DNA of 64,000 nt from Thainema sp. (GTDB taxonomy: Bacteria > Cyanobacteriota > Cyanobacteriia > Phormidesmidales > Phormidesmidaceae). Where the stretch lies: contig JBQLZK010000001.1 of NCBI GenBank assembly GCA_052168235.1, positions 224,001 to 288,000 of the forward strand, given 5' to 3'. Below are positions 40,434-50,591 of the stretch, piece after piece. Positions within the stretch are counted from its first letter, which is position 1. Each line of letters begins with the position of its first letter. Below the pieces are notes generated by a model. It was not told the origin of the DNA. It saw only the letters and a program-made list of their open reading frames with translations, and did no database searches. The position numbers and the translations under genes were made by a program.

Positions 40434-40991
40434 TTAGACATTGCCAAACTTGGGCATAACTGGCGCGCCGCCATGCGGGCGGGGGAAATCGGGCAGGTCG
40501 AGCCGACTGGTGCGACGTGTCCGCACAGCCAGCCGATAGCTGACGCTTTGGAGTTCAGCATGAAGCTGACGATTTTCGCGCTGAATAGCCGCCACTTTTT
40601 CCTTGATCGGGGCCATCCGCTCAGCAAATTTCTTGCGGTAAATACCCGGTAGCTCCTGCACCACCTGTTCCAACATGCGGGAGCGATCGGTGAGTTCCTG
40701 CACCGACTGCCGCAGCTGATAAATCTCAGAATCGCGGGATGAAATTTGGTCTTGGTAAAACTCAACCTGTTGCTCAAAGCCTTGGAGCTGTTCGCGCAGT
40801 GCCCGCACTTCGGCCTTGTGCTGCTCAGACACTTCGGGATTGGGCAGAAAGTTAGTGTTACCCTTCACCAAGCGAAAGAGTTCTTGGGAAAGCTGCTGAA
40901 CGAGCTGATCGCGGAGTTTCAGCTCTTCCTGCAAGCGGAGCAACTCCGCCGATAGGTCTTGCGAGTGAGTAGAATTAACCGTTCGGATCAC
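40434..40991 (-). CDS. Coiled-coil protein (Npun_F5560-like)
   Basis: RDQLVQQLSQELFRLVKGN...ELP.IYR.KF.ER...LHAELQSVSYRLA. Confidence 0.8.
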   Translation of the reverse strand: MIRTVNSTHSQDLSAELLRLQEELKLRDQLVQQLSQELFRLVKGNTNFLPNPEVSEQHKAEVRALREQLQGFEQQVEFYQDQISSRDSEIYQLRQSVQELTDRSRMLEQVVQELPGIYRKKFAERMAPIKEKVAAIQRENRQLHAELQSVSYRLAVRTRRTSRLDLPDFPRPHGGAPVMPKFGNV

Positions 40992-41211
40992 GTTACTGCT
41001 CCAATCCTATGCTTTTCGTGGGCGTTTATGAGTTGTCATTGAGTTGCCAGATAATGTACCACCGATATCTGGAAACGGAGAACATATTAGCGCTGATTGT
41101 AAAAATGCGATCGCATTTTCGCTTTAAATTTCTCGATTATTCACGCATCAACCTTTAACCTGGCAGTTGCAGGATTCAGAGCATTGGTTAAGAAACATTT
41201 GGCAGGCTACT

Positions 41212-43158
41212 CTAGCTGGGCAGAATTTGTGCTCCTGCTAACTGCTGTAGTTTGCGTTTAAGAGCAGATCGTTCCTCAGTCAGCAGCAGCATATATGTCT
41301 CCCCAGGCATAGAAATATCCTCAGCCACCTGCTGGATTAGCTTTCGGTCTTTTTCGGCATCGCTATCGTCAATCGTGAACTGTTTAGTCTGGAACGCTAA
41401 GACGTAGAAGGGCTGATCTGGAAAATGCTGTACTACTTTTTGAGCTAGATAGGCCGCTTGAATGGCGGAATATTGACTGAGATGATCTTGAAGCTCGCTA
41501 AGCTGCTCTGGTGTGATTTTGGCTTGGACAAACGAATCTGACGAACGTACATAGGAACGTTCGTGACGTGCCTGTTTCACTAACTCATACTGTTTCTGCG
41601 CCTTCTCCATATAGCGAGCGGCAGCTTCTTCTCCAGCCTTTGTCTGAATAAACGCATGAATCTGAGCTGCACCTGTAGCAAAGATGTCCAAGTCGTACAT
41701 CATTGCCTTTTCCAGATAGCGAATGCCAACCTTGTTGCCCTGCTCAAGCAGAATTTCACCCGCTAGCTGATTTGCGCCAGTGTGATTTGGTGCATCTTTC
41801 AGAACTTGTTTCAGGTAGGGAATTGCCTCCTGCGGGGTTTTGAACTCAGCCGTCAGGGCAGCTAGTTGCCAAGCATTATTGGTTGAAAGCGGCCCGTTAA
41901 GAGTGCGCTGCTCCAAGGTTTCCATTTGATGACGGAGTTGCTGCTGTTCGGTGTAGCGGGCTTTCCAACGGGCAGCAATGGACTGCTGCCAGGTTTGATC
42001 AAAGTGACCAACGATATAGGGTAGTGCGTTCCCGAGATATTGGATAGCTGCTGATGCCTTAGAGGAACGCAGCCAGTCCATCGCCTGATCGGGAGGGCAA
42101 CCCAGGGCTTGCAGGCGCTCCCTTAAACAAGGATGGGTATCGTCTGTAGTTGTATCAACATCCAAAGCCTGTTTTAGCCAAGACTGTGCTTCAAACTGAT
42201 TCAGATCACGCTGCATAAAGTCCGGTAATGATGTGTAAGGCTGGGGCGGATCAACTTGCGAATCCGCTTGTTTGGCCAGGTCATCCCAAAAATTGCTGAA
42301 AACATGCCCCCCCTTGATTTGTAGGTTCACTAGCGCAGAAGCAAGATTTTTAGCACCCGCGAGTTTGGCTGCATAGCGATCGGCTTCATACTCATCCGCT
42401 CTAGCCAGCACAAAGGAGTAGGCCGCAAAGAAGGGCACATACCAGTTGAAGAAGGTCACAAAGATGGTGATGCCCAAAATGCTTGCGATCGCAATCACAC
42501 TATGGGCAGGCTGATGAGCTGCGTTTTGAAATCCCTCCAGAATCTGAAACCAGGTTTTACGAATCCGATAAATCCAGTGACCAAACTGTCCATGCCGCCG
42601 CGAAAGATGTCCTAGTTCATGAGCCAATACTGCCCGAAATTGTGACGGACTCAAGGTTTGCATCAGCGGCAACCCGACAATTAGATAATTCCGATAGCCT
42701 CCGAAGACACCAAACCGAGGGACTTGCGCAACGGCTGCATTGAGTTCATCTGTAATCAAAATTTGATGAAAATCCGGCGTTTTTAACTCACGTCGAAGTT
42801 CTTTCACGAGCTGATAGAGCTTAGGCACTTGCTTGGGGTTAACTTCTAACCCTGTTGGTGGCGGCACATGAACCCACAGCGCCTCAATCACAATAAAACT
42901 CAATACAACAGGTACACCAACGGTAAATAGCAGTAGCACTGTTTTGAGACGGATGCTACGCACAGATTGAACCAATTCCCACAGATGGGGCCAGATGAGC
43001 GCTATCCCGCCCCACACAATAGCTAAGACGATAAAAATGTAGGCATAGCCCAAAACGGCTAGCAGGGCAACGCGGAATTTGTAACTACCTGGGTTCTTTT
43101 TTGCCAGTTGTTCTAGTTTCCGCACTAAGGCATCAAATTCGGTAACTGTGATTCCCAT
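41212..43158 (-). CDS. M48 family metallopeptidase with C-terminal helical extension
   Basis: AVLAHELGH, EYEAD, THP.L.ERL. Confidence 0.88.
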   Translation of the reverse strand: MGITVTEFDALVRKLEQLAKKNPGSYKFRVALLAVLGYAYIFIVLAIVWGGIALIWPHLWELVQSVRSIRLKTVLLLFTVGVPVVLSFIVIEALWVHVPPPTGLEVNPKQVPKLYQLVKELRRELKTPDFHQILITDELNAAVAQVPRFGVFGGYRNYLIVGLPLMQTLSPSQFRAVLAHELGHLSRRHGQFGHWIYRIRKTWFQILEGFQNAAHQPAHSVIAIASILGITIFVTFFNWYVPFFAAYSFVLARADEYEADRYAAKLAGAKNLASALVNLQIKGGHVFSNFWDDLAKQADSQVDPPQPYTSLPDFMQRDLNQFEAQSWLKQALDVDTTTDDTHPCLRERLQALGCPPDQAMDWLRSSKASAAIQYLGNALPYIVGHFDQTWQQSIAARWKARYTEQQQLRHQMETLEQRTLNGPLSTNNAWQLAALTAEFKTPQEAIPYLKQVLKDAPNHTGANQLAGEILLEQGNKVGIRYLEKAMMYDLDIFATGAAQIHAFIQTKAGEEAAARYMEKAQKQYELVKQARHERSYVRSSDSFVQAKITPEQLSELQDHLSQYSAIQAAYLAQKVVQHFPDQPFYVLAFQTKQFTIDDSDAEKDRKLIQQVAEDISMPGETYMLLLTEERSALKRKLQQLAGAQILPS

Positions 43159-43914
43159 CGGTATATAACCTCCGGTTACTGAATGAATAAAGTACGTGGT
43201 GCAGGGAACTGTACTAAATTAAGGTTCCCAATTTGAAATGATTTCACCCAGTTGTTTTTGGCGCTCTTAGCACTCAAGACGTAGCATCTATTCGTCTAGG
43301 AGTACTACTCTTTAGTAATGGTAGGGGAGTTAAGCCTAGGTATAGGGTAATAAACGGAAATGCTTCTAAAATCTAGGGACTGTGATTAAACTTACGTTAC
43401 ATATTGCAATCGTTCAGGAACTTTTTCTCCGAAAGATCTCTCTTGCTCCTTGTAGTCTTCCATAGCTATTGAGTTTTCTATAAAACTCAACCCAGTAGCT
43501 GGACAACTTAGAATGTAGTAGTCAGTACTGTTGTGTGGGAGCTTGATGCAAAGTTCTCTATCCGTAGATTCGCTGGTTTTGCTACAAATTCAACCTAGGC
43601 TTTGATCCATTGACAAAATGCCAAGTGCTAGCTCTACGGTCGTTATGCGGTGGGGAGTTGGTGAGGTTGAATCAGTCCAGCCTTACAGACTGTGATGTTT
43701 CCTGATTTAGTGCTTCAAGTTCATTTTTAATAGTCTTCAGGCGAAATTAATTCCGAGTGCAAAAGCGAGTTGATTGGTATGGCTTAATCGCCGGACTTTA
43801 ACCCAGTTAAACCTAGTTATAGGCCGGAAGGGGGAGGTTCCGAGTAAAAAACTCCTCTGTCTAGCCTCAACAGGTTTACTTATTTAGCATAATTTTTGAG
43901 AAGGGCTGTACACA

Positions 43915-44718
43915 ATGTTTCTGAATCGTTCGCGAATTGGCACTGCCACACTATCCATCGCGGTACTCGCCAGTTTGATTACAGGATATCCGTCGGTCGC
44001 GAAAGCTCAAACCTATCAGCCGTCTAGCAGTATTGGTCTACCGGGCAGACGAGAAGGAGGCGGTACTCGCGGCAGTTGCGTAAGCTCGGCTCATCAGCTA
44101 ACTGCGATCGCGCCTGAGCAAAACTTTGGCTATACGACTGACTTATTTCCAACCCTACATTGGTATGTGCCCGAGTTATCCCAGCAAACGGCTGAGTTTG
44201 TGCTGTATACGGAAGACGGCTCAGAAGTTTATGCATCTATCTTTGTGATTGATGGGCCAGAGGGGATTGTTAGCCTCAGCCTGCCAGAATATACCAACCT
44301 CCCATCGTTGGAGCTGGGTCAGAAATACCGCTGGCAGTTTTCGGTCATTTGCCAAGACGGTGAGGACTCCGTACCCAGCGTCACGTTCACCGAAGGCTGG
44401 ATTGAGCGCACTGAAATCGATGCAGATCTCAAGGCTCAGCTTGAACAAGCTTCTGATCTCGAAAAAGCCACGCTCCTAGCCGAAAACGGCATCTGGTTTG
44501 ATGCAGTTGATACATTAGCTAAACTACGGCGAGCAGGAACATCGCCTATCGTTAGCGCAACCAGTGTTGAACAAGCCTGGCAAACACTGCTCAGCTCTGT
44601 TGGCCTGGCCGAAATTGCAGACGTTTCAATGCTGCTTTGCTGCGATGATGTCAATGCCGCTCAAGAAGACGCTGACACAGCAGAACCTAATGCCGTAGAT
44701 AGTTCTTCATCACAATGA
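43915..44718 (+). CDS. DUF928 domain protein
   Basis: PGRREGGGTRG.C, PTL.WYVP, GIWFDA..TLA.LR. Confidence 0.88.
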   Translation: MFLNRSRIGTATLSIAVLASLITGYPSVAKAQTYQPSSSIGLPGRREGGGTRGSCVSSAHQLTAIAPEQNFGYTTDLFPTLHWYVPELSQQTAEFVLYTEDGSEVYASIFVIDGPEGIVSLSLPEYTNLPSLELGQKYRWQFSVICQDGEDSVPSVTFTEGWIERTEIDADLKAQLEQASDLEKATLLAENGIWFDAVDTLAKLRRAGTSPIVSATSVEQAWQTLLSSVGLAEIADVSMLLCCDDVNAAQEDADTAEPNAVDSSSSQ

Positions 44719-44890
44719 TGCTTAATGACGCAAGGCTAGATGAGAACAAGGTGAGGGAGTGGGAGAATCGGTGAGGCGAGGAGAATAACGTTTCAACGTT
44801 CTAACGTTAAAACGTTTTCTAAATTTCCAATGTCCTGCCTAATGTGACTACCACACAACTTAGCACTCAGCATTTTTCACCTTGCCACAG

Positions 44891-45625
44891 CTAGCGCGTC
44901 AACGGATAAATGAGTGAACGCCAAGCAAATTTGGGCAGTGCGGTCATTCGTCGCCAGCGCCAGGGTTCCTGATACAGGCGATACGTCCATTCCAAGTGGT
45001 TGTCGCGTAGCCACGCGGGGGCGCGATCTTTGGTGCCTGACCAAATATCAAAGCTGCCGCCTACGCCGATCCAGATGGCGTTGGGGCAGAGGTGGCGGTG
45101 TTCGGCAATCCAAAATTCCTGACGGGGCACACCTAGACCTACCAGGATTAAGTTGGGCTGTAAGGTTTTTAGTTGCTCAGTGAAAGCTGGCTGATCGGCG
45201 GGCTGGAGATAGCCATGCTGATAACCTGCGATCGCAAAATTAGGTGCTTCAGTTTGCCAGTGGCGAACGGCTCCTTCAATCACCTCTGGCTTGCCACCAT
45301 AGAAGTAAACGGAGCCAATTTCCGGTAGTCGGCGCAGTAGGGATTCCGCTAACTCAATCCCCGGACAGCGCTGAATTTTTTGCCCCTGGAGTCGCAGATT
45401 GAGGACAACCCCAGCACCATCCGGCACCACTAACTCCGCCTGTTCCAAAAGCTGACGCAGATCTGGATTTTGCTCGGCCTGAATCGCCATTTCGGCATTG
45501 AGAGTGATCACATGGGTGCCCTGTTTGGACTGAGATCGCGCAATCAGCCAGTCCACGTAGCGATCAGAAATATGAACGGGGATACCCAGCACTGAAAACT
45601 GCTGGAGCGGCTCCTGTACCATCAT
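44891..45625 (-). CDS. WecB/TagA/CpsF glycosyltransferase
   Basis: TLNAE, PDGAG, GLGVPRQE, GVGGSFD, RAP, LEW.YRL.QEP.RWRR. Confidence 0.92.
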   Translation of the reverse strand: MMVQEPLQQFSVLGIPVHISDRYVDWLIARSQSKQGTHVITLNAEMAIQAEQNPDLRQLLEQAELVVPDGAGVVLNLRLQGQKIQRCPGIELAESLLRRLPEIGSVYFYGGKPEVIEGAVRHWQTEAPNFAIAGYQHGYLQPADQPAFTEQLKTLQPNLILVGLGVPRQEFWIAEHRHLCPNAIWIGVGGSFDIWSGTKDRAPAWLRDNHLEWTYRLYQEPWRWRRMTALPKFAWRSLIYPLTR

Positions 45626-45804
45626 GGTTGCGTCTCTGCCCAAATTTCGATGCTTATTATAAAGCCTATACAAAATCCCAGAATTATTTTCTGTCAAAGC
45701 CTTGCGGTGTGAAGTCTGAACGGGAAACAGTTCTGGGATTTTGCGTAAATTCGTTACAGTTAAGAGAACATTTTTGATCATATTTGCGATCGCAAACGAA
45801 GCCT

Positions 45805-46389
45805 ATGCCCCGGCCTAAGGAATTTGAGCGCGAAGTCGTTCTCGAAAAAGCAATGGAACTCTTTTGGCAGAAGGGGTATGAGGCGACATCGGTGCAAGAC
45901 CTAGTGCAGCACATGGGCATCAACCGGGGCAGTTTGTACGACACATTCAAGGACAAGCATCATCTGTTTTTAGCGGCAGTATCGCACTATCACGAAACGG
46001 TGGTGAAAGATGCGATCGCACGATTGGAAGCGCCCAGTGCATCGCGGTCAGCGATTGTGGAGCACTTCAACCGCATGGTGGACTGTTTGACAGGTGATGA
46101 AGCTCAGCGGGGCTGTCTGATGACCAATACGATTGTGGAACTGGCGGTGCAGCATCCCGATATCGCGGCTCAGCTCCAGATGAGTTTGCAGCGGATTGAG
46201 CGGGCGTTTAAGGCGGCATTGGCTCGCGCTCAGGCAGCGGGGGAATTGGCGGCTGACAGAGACGTAGCGGATCTGGCCCGCTATCTAGTTTGCTGTGTGC
46301 AGGGACTGCGCGTCATGTGCAAAACCAACGTCAGTCGCGAGCAGTTTCAGGCCACGGTTGATCTGATGCTGTCGGTGCTGGATTCATGA
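45805..46389 (+). CDS. TetR/AcrR family regulator
   Basis: MPRPKEF...FWQKGYEATS...GINRGSLY.TF.DK, GCLM.N. Confidence 0.92.
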   Translation: MPRPKEFEREVVLEKAMELFWQKGYEATSVQDLVQHMGINRGSLYDTFKDKHHLFLAAVSHYHETVVKDAIARLEAPSASRSAIVEHFNRMVDCLTGDEAQRGCLMTNTIVELAVQHPDIAAQLQMSLQRIERAFKAALARAQAAGELAADRDVADLARYLVCCVQGLRVMCKTNVSREQFQATVDLMLSVLDS

Positions 46390-47696
46390 TGCTATTGAAT
46401 GCGGAGGAACTGCGATCTCGCTTTTTTCGGCTAGCCGTGGTCAACGTGCTATCAAATTTGCTGGTGCCGCTGGCCGGATTGGCGGATACGGCTTTTTTGG
46501 GGCACTTGTCCGACATTCGGCACTTAGCGGGTGTCAGCCTTGCAACGGTGCTGTTCAACTATATTTACTGGACATTTGGCTTTTTGCGAATGGGGACGAC
46601 GGGCACGACCGCGCAAGCCGTTGGTCGCCAGGATCAGCTTGCGGTCTATGCCACGCTGTTGCGGAACGGGCTGCTGGGGATTGCGATTGGTCTGGTGATT
46701 CTAGTCTTTCAGGAACCAATTCGGCAGATTGGCTTTGCCCTGCTGAGCGCCACGCCCGAGGTGGAACAGTCGGGACAGGCTTATTACCGAGCCTTGATTT
46801 GGGGTGCTCCGGCCACGCTGCTGAACTTTGTGCTGCTGGGCTGGTTTTTAGGCCGGGCGGAAGGCAGGCGAGTTTTAGTTCTGTCGATGGTGAGCAACGG
46901 CTGTAATGTTTTGCTCAACTACTGGCTGATTGTCCGGTTGGGCTGGGCTAGTGCTGGAGCAGGGGTGGCGACGGCCTGTAGTCAGTATCTGATGCTATTG
47001 ATTGGCCTGGGCTTTGTGCTCCGCGAGTTCCCGTGGTCAAAGCGGCGCTTACTCACTGCTCAGCTCTGGGATTTGAGCGTTTTGACCGATACCCTGCGGC
47101 TGAATCGCGATATTTTGATTCGCACGTTTGCCTTGCTGTCGGTCTTCGCCGCCTTCACCAATATCAGTGCGGCGATTGGCACACTGACGCTGACGGCGAA
47201 TGCGCTGCTGCTGCAAATTTTGTCCCTGGCGGCCTACTTTATTGACGGCTTTGCCTTTGCAACTGAAAGTTTAGTCGGCATTCTCAAAGGCCAAGATGAT
47301 CATCGACAAATGCGCCATCTACTGCGATTGGCGGGCGGCGTTAGCTTTGGGCTAGGAATTGCGATCGCACTTCTCTTTATGCTTTTCCCCCAGCCGCTCT
47401 TCGGTATCCTAACCAGCCATGACAATGTCATCAGCAGCGTTTCTCGCTATGTACCTTGGCTGTTGCCCCTCCTGGGTTTTGGCTCTCTAGCCTATATTCT
47501 GGACGGTTATTTTCTGGGATTAACCCAAGGCCCCATTCTGCGCCGCGCATCTATTGTGTCGGCAATTGTCGGCTTTGCACCGCTGGCAGCTCTCGCCTGG
47601 TGGCTGGAAAGTACGCCACTTTTATGGACAGCGCTAACCTGTTTTATGGCCGCTCGTGTGATCACCCTCGGTCGCAACGTAGAGTATCGCTCATAG
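46386..47696 (+). CDS. MATE family transporter (DinF-like)
   Basis: VPLAGLADTAFLGHL, FLRMGTTG.TAQA, DILIRT, AYFIDGFA.A.E; ATGA overlap with tetR. Confidence 0.9.
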   Translation: MMLLNAEELRSRFFRLAVVNVLSNLLVPLAGLADTAFLGHLSDIRHLAGVSLATVLFNYIYWTFGFLRMGTTGTTAQAVGRQDQLAVYATLLRNGLLGIAIGLVILVFQEPIRQIGFALLSATPEVEQSGQAYYRALIWGAPATLLNFVLLGWFLGRAEGRRVLVLSMVSNGCNVLLNYWLIVRLGWASAGAGVATACSQYLMLLIGLGFVLREFPWSKRRLLTAQLWDLSVLTDTLRLNRDILIRTFALLSVFAAFTNISAAIGTLTLTANALLLQILSLAAYFIDGFAFATESLVGILKGQDDHRQMRHLLRLAGGVSFGLGIAIALLFMLFPQPLFGILTSHDNVISSVSRYVPWLLPLLGFGSLAYILDGYFLGLTQGPILRRASIVSAIVGFAPLAALAWWLESTPLLWTALTCFMAARVITLGRNVEYRS

Positions 47697-47801
47697 TCTG
47701 ACTCAGTTGAATGTCGTTTCTGGAGTAAATATATCTTGAGGAATGATAAACAAACTCTAAACAGCCTGAGCCTGAAATTATAGGGGTGGTTATACTGAAT
47801 T

Positions 47802-47924
47802 TTTCTGCCTAATTCCCCAAATAGGAATGTTAGGCTGACGAATTTCTATCTAATCATCTAGATAAGGTGATTAGGCTGATGGATTTCTACCTAATCACCC
47901 GAATAGGTGTGTTAGGCAGAAAGT
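47802..47924. repeat. Three tandem 41-bp hairpin units with CTAA...TTAGGC arms
   Basis: Units start at 47802, 47843 and 47884; consensus TTTCTRYCTAAT-N16-TTAGGCWGA. Confidence 0.85.
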
Positions 47925-47971
47925 TTCCCTCCAATTAATAGTTAGACCTCCAATACGAGTAGGTAGACAAG

Positions 47972-49177
47972 ATGGAGGATGAAATTCTAGAAAAATCGGT
48001 TTCCCGTATAGAAAGTTCTCACAGAAACTCAGCAATTTTGCGACGAAAGTTACTGGAGAAGCATAATTATGCTTGTACTATTTGCGGGGTAAAAAATGAG
48101 GATGTTCCATTAGAGATTGCTCACTTAGTTCCATTATATAAAGGCGGAGAGACAAGTGAGGATAATCTTACACTCCTCTGTCCAAACTGTCATAGAGTAT
48201 TAGATTCTCAACCCAGAGAGATTGAGTTTGTAGATTTCCTATCAGAGCTACTGAACAATCATCCAAACTTTGAAAACGTAAAAAAAGAGGTTTTATTAGG
48301 ATCTGAAACCCGTTTCCGGGGCGACATCCTTGTAAAGAGAAAAGAAGGAAGTAGGCAACAAACTTTAGTGATAGAGTGTAAAACCTCGAGGATCTTACAC
48401 TCTGCCACCTTGAAAGATATAATTGCCCAGTTAAATACCTATCAAAACCTTTGTGATGGGTGCTGCATGGTTTTAGCTGTAGCAGGAACATTACTCGATC
48501 AAGATTTAGTGTTACTGCAACAGCACATGATTGAAGTATGGGATCTTGAGTATATAGCAGTAACCTTCGCGGCTCAAATTAAAGAATCCCCAATAAGCTA
48601 CTACAAAGCTTTACTACTTGCTCGTCTTGCACGTGCATCAAACTCATTCAAAGAGCAAAGCTTTATTAGTTTCCTGAAAACATGTCAGCCAGGAAAGAAA
48701 GATTGCTATGTATACCAAAGCCTCATAGGTGACATTTTGGAATATCTATTTACGCCTCCATTGGCAAAACCCATTCCGGAATTATCAGACAGAGTTCTAG
48801 CAAATAGACGAGATTTTATTTTGCCGAACTATGTGGAAAAGGGTTTCTGGGCATTCATGCGAGAAAAATATGCGGCAGATTATATTGTTGTGGATGCAAA
48901 AAATTACACGAGAAAGGTAAAGAAAAATGAGGTATTACAAATTGCTAATTATCTAAAGCCTCACGGAGCAGGACTTTTTGGGATCATTATTTGCAGAAAA
49001 GGAGGAGATTCGACTGGATGTGAACACACACTACGTGAACAATGGTTAGTCCACAAGAAGCTAATATTAGTATTGGATGATGGAGATATTGAGAAGATGT
49101 TAATTTCTAAATTAGATGGCAACCCTCCCGAGGATTTAATCAGCCAAAAGATTGAGCAATTCAGGTTGTCAATGTAG
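47972..49177 (+). CDS. HNH + two PD-(D/E)XK (Mrr-like) domain nuclease, cassette 1
   Basis: CTICG...AH..P...GG....NL..LCPNCH; RGDILV...IECKT; RRDFIL...VDAKNY; visibly AT-rich, no HIP1. Confidence 0.8.
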   Translation: MEDEILEKSVSRIESSHRNSAILRRKLLEKHNYACTICGVKNEDVPLEIAHLVPLYKGGETSEDNLTLLCPNCHRVLDSQPREIEFVDFLSELLNNHPNFENVKKEVLLGSETRFRGDILVKRKEGSRQQTLVIECKTSRILHSATLKDIIAQLNTYQNLCDGCCMVLAVAGTLLDQDLVLLQQHMIEVWDLEYIAVTFAAQIKESPISYYKALLLARLARASNSFKEQSFISFLKTCQPGKKDCYVYQSLIGDILEYLFTPPLAKPIPELSDRVLANRRDFILPNYVEKGFWAFMREKYAADYIVVDAKNYTRKVKKNEVLQIANYLKPHGAGLFGIIICRKGGDSTGCEHTLREQWLVHKKLILVLDDGDIEKMLISKLDGNPPEDLISQKIEQFRLSM

Positions 49178-49263
49178 TTCTAACAAGCACGTTGCAGCGG
49201 AATGAGTAAAGCTCTTGGTGCTTAGTCTATACTACTTGCATCCGCTGAACGTGATCGTTAGGC
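49178..49263 (+). other. attC site 1 (86 bp)
   Basis: R'' TTCTAAC; CACGTTGCAGCGGA pairs with TCCGCTGAACGTG leaving one extrahelical base; R' GTTAGGC. Confidence 0.88.
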
Positions 49264-49407
49264 GGCTAAATTTCCCTATTAGTAACGGCAGTCTTTTCAC
49301 GATTTGAGCATTAATCCGCATCAAGATTTCCAGCTCACGGTCGGGGGTGAAAGCGCCGCTGCAAGTGAGTGGAGCTAAAATTGAGAAGCAAGTAATTTGC
49401 AAGGATT

Positions 49408-49692
49408 ATGACGCTGAACTTAGATTTGCCACCCGAACTAGAGCAGTACCTCTTGCAAGAAGCCGAGCAGCAAGGTCTATCGGTTGAAGCAATGACCCTA
49501 CAGCTTTTGACGAACTCGCTTCAACTCAGGCAAAAACAAGCTGAAGCCATTGATATGCTTCAGTCCTGGATTGACGATGAGGACGTTGAAGAGCAACAGG
49601 AGACAGGCGAGTATTTGGTTCAGGTGCTGGACGAGGATCGGCTGTCTGACCGCAAGTTATTCCCGCTTGAAATGAAAGGGATTACATGGTAG
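49408..49692 (+). CDS. Putative antitoxin, cassette 2
   Basis: MTLNLDLPPELEQYL..EA...GLS.E RHH-like start, acidic tail, overlaps the PIN gene. Confidence 0.78.
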   Translation: MTLNLDLPPELEQYLLQEAEQQGLSVEAMTLQLLTNSLQLRQKQAEAIDMLQSWIDDEDVEEQQETGEYLVQVLDEDRLSDRKLFPLEMKGITW

Positions 49693-50141
49693 AGCGTTTG
49701 ATTGTATTGGATACAGGGCCAATCGGCCTGGTTACCAATCCCAAACTCTCTTCCCAAGGTGTTGCTTGTAACCAGTGGCTTCAGTCTCATCTCAAGTTGG
49801 GGAACCGGATAATCGTTCCGGAAATTGCTGATTATGAAGTGCGTCGCGAGTTGTTGCGAGCCAATAAAAAGAAGGGTCTCACTCGGCTAGATAGCTTGTG
49901 TCAAAGACTTGAGTATTTACCGATTACAACTGCCTCAATGCGGCAAGCGGCTGAACTATGGGCACAGGCGCGACAGCAGGGACAGCCAACGGCAGGGGAT
50001 AAAACCATTGACGGTGACATGATTCTGATTGCTCAGGCTAAGACTCTGGGAGCCTCAGATGTGGTGATCGCTACAACTAACGTGGGGCATTTATCGAGGT
50101 TTATTGCAGCGGACTTATGGCAGAACATTCTTCCCAATTAA
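49686..50141 (+). CDS. PIN-domain (VapC-like) toxin, cassette 2
   Basis: IVLDTG, EIADYEVRRE, D.D.ILIAQA, ATTNVGHL. Confidence 0.88.
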   Translation: MVERLIVLDTGPIGLVTNPKLSSQGVACNQWLQSHLKLGNRIIVPEIADYEVRRELLRANKKKGLTRLDSLCQRLEYLPITTASMRQAAELWAQARQQGQPTAGDKTIDGDMILIAQAKTLGASDVVIATTNVGHLSRFIAADLWQNILPN

Positions 50142-50146
50142 CCGCC

Positions 50147-50232
50147 ACCTAACACCTCGTTGGTGCGGACAGAACAAAGGTTATCGGTAAGAGTTCAGGT
50201 TTATCTGCCGCCGCTACACTTCACCGTTAGCT
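50147..50232 (+). other. attC site 2 (86 bp)
   Basis: R'' ACCTAAC, L'' GTTGGTGC, partly degenerate L' GCTACAC, R' GTTAGCT; same length as attC1. Confidence 0.8.
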
Positions 50233-50301
50233 GAATTCTTTTTTGGCTTGGGACGTACAGAGAGGCTATTTGCTGGTATCTGAGGATGCTCGTTCTAGTA
50301 G

Positions 50302-50329
50302 CTCTGGTATGACTGAGGTATAACCAGAG
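50302..50329 (+). promoter_or_regulatory. Putative toxin-antitoxin promoter/operator
   Basis: CTCTGGT...ACCAGAG inverted repeat containing GGTATGAC/GGTATAAC direct repeats and a TATAAC -10-like hexamer. Confidence 0.55.
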
Positions 50330-50354
50330 AATAGAACTTTAAGTTAAGGCCACC

Positions 50355-50591
50355 ATGAAAACTGCAATTTCGCTGCCAGATTCAGTTTTTGAGCAGGCGG
50401 AAGCACTTGCTCAGCAGTTAGGAGTGTCGCGCAGTGAGCTTTACACAAAAGCGCTACAGGCATACCTAAAAAAGTACAACCGTGAGCAAATGTTGCTCAA
50501 GTTGAACCAAGTTTATGGTACAGAGTCCTCTGAACTTGATCCAGTGATGGCAAGGATGCAGTTTATGTCTTTGCCCCACGAGGATTGGTAA
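50355..50591 (+). CDS. RHH antitoxin (ChpI/MazE-type), cassette 3
   Basis: MKTAISLPDSVFEQAEALA..LGVSRSELY..AL; ends EDW overlapping the toxin. Confidence 0.88.
   Translation: MKTAISLPDSVFEQAEALAQQLGVSRSELYTKALQAYLKKYNREQMLLKLNQVYGTESSELDPVMARMQFMSLPHEDW

Noticed and set aside
43515..43528. NtcA site GTA-N8-TAC
   Set aside because: The pattern matches, but there is no TAN3T -10 element at the expected 22-23-bp distance on either strand.
46386..47696. Toxin-cluster (GntT-like) exporter
   Set aside because: No biosynthetic genes are nearby; a generic DinF-like MATE call is sufficient.
47889..47917. XerC/D dif site (11-6-11 layout)
   Set aside because: Only TGTTA resembles the XerD arm, no XerC-like arm is present, and spacing differs between units.
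47802..47924. Mini CRISPR array
   Set aside because: The 16-nt variable parts are too short, resemble each other and form part of each hairpin; no cas genes are present.
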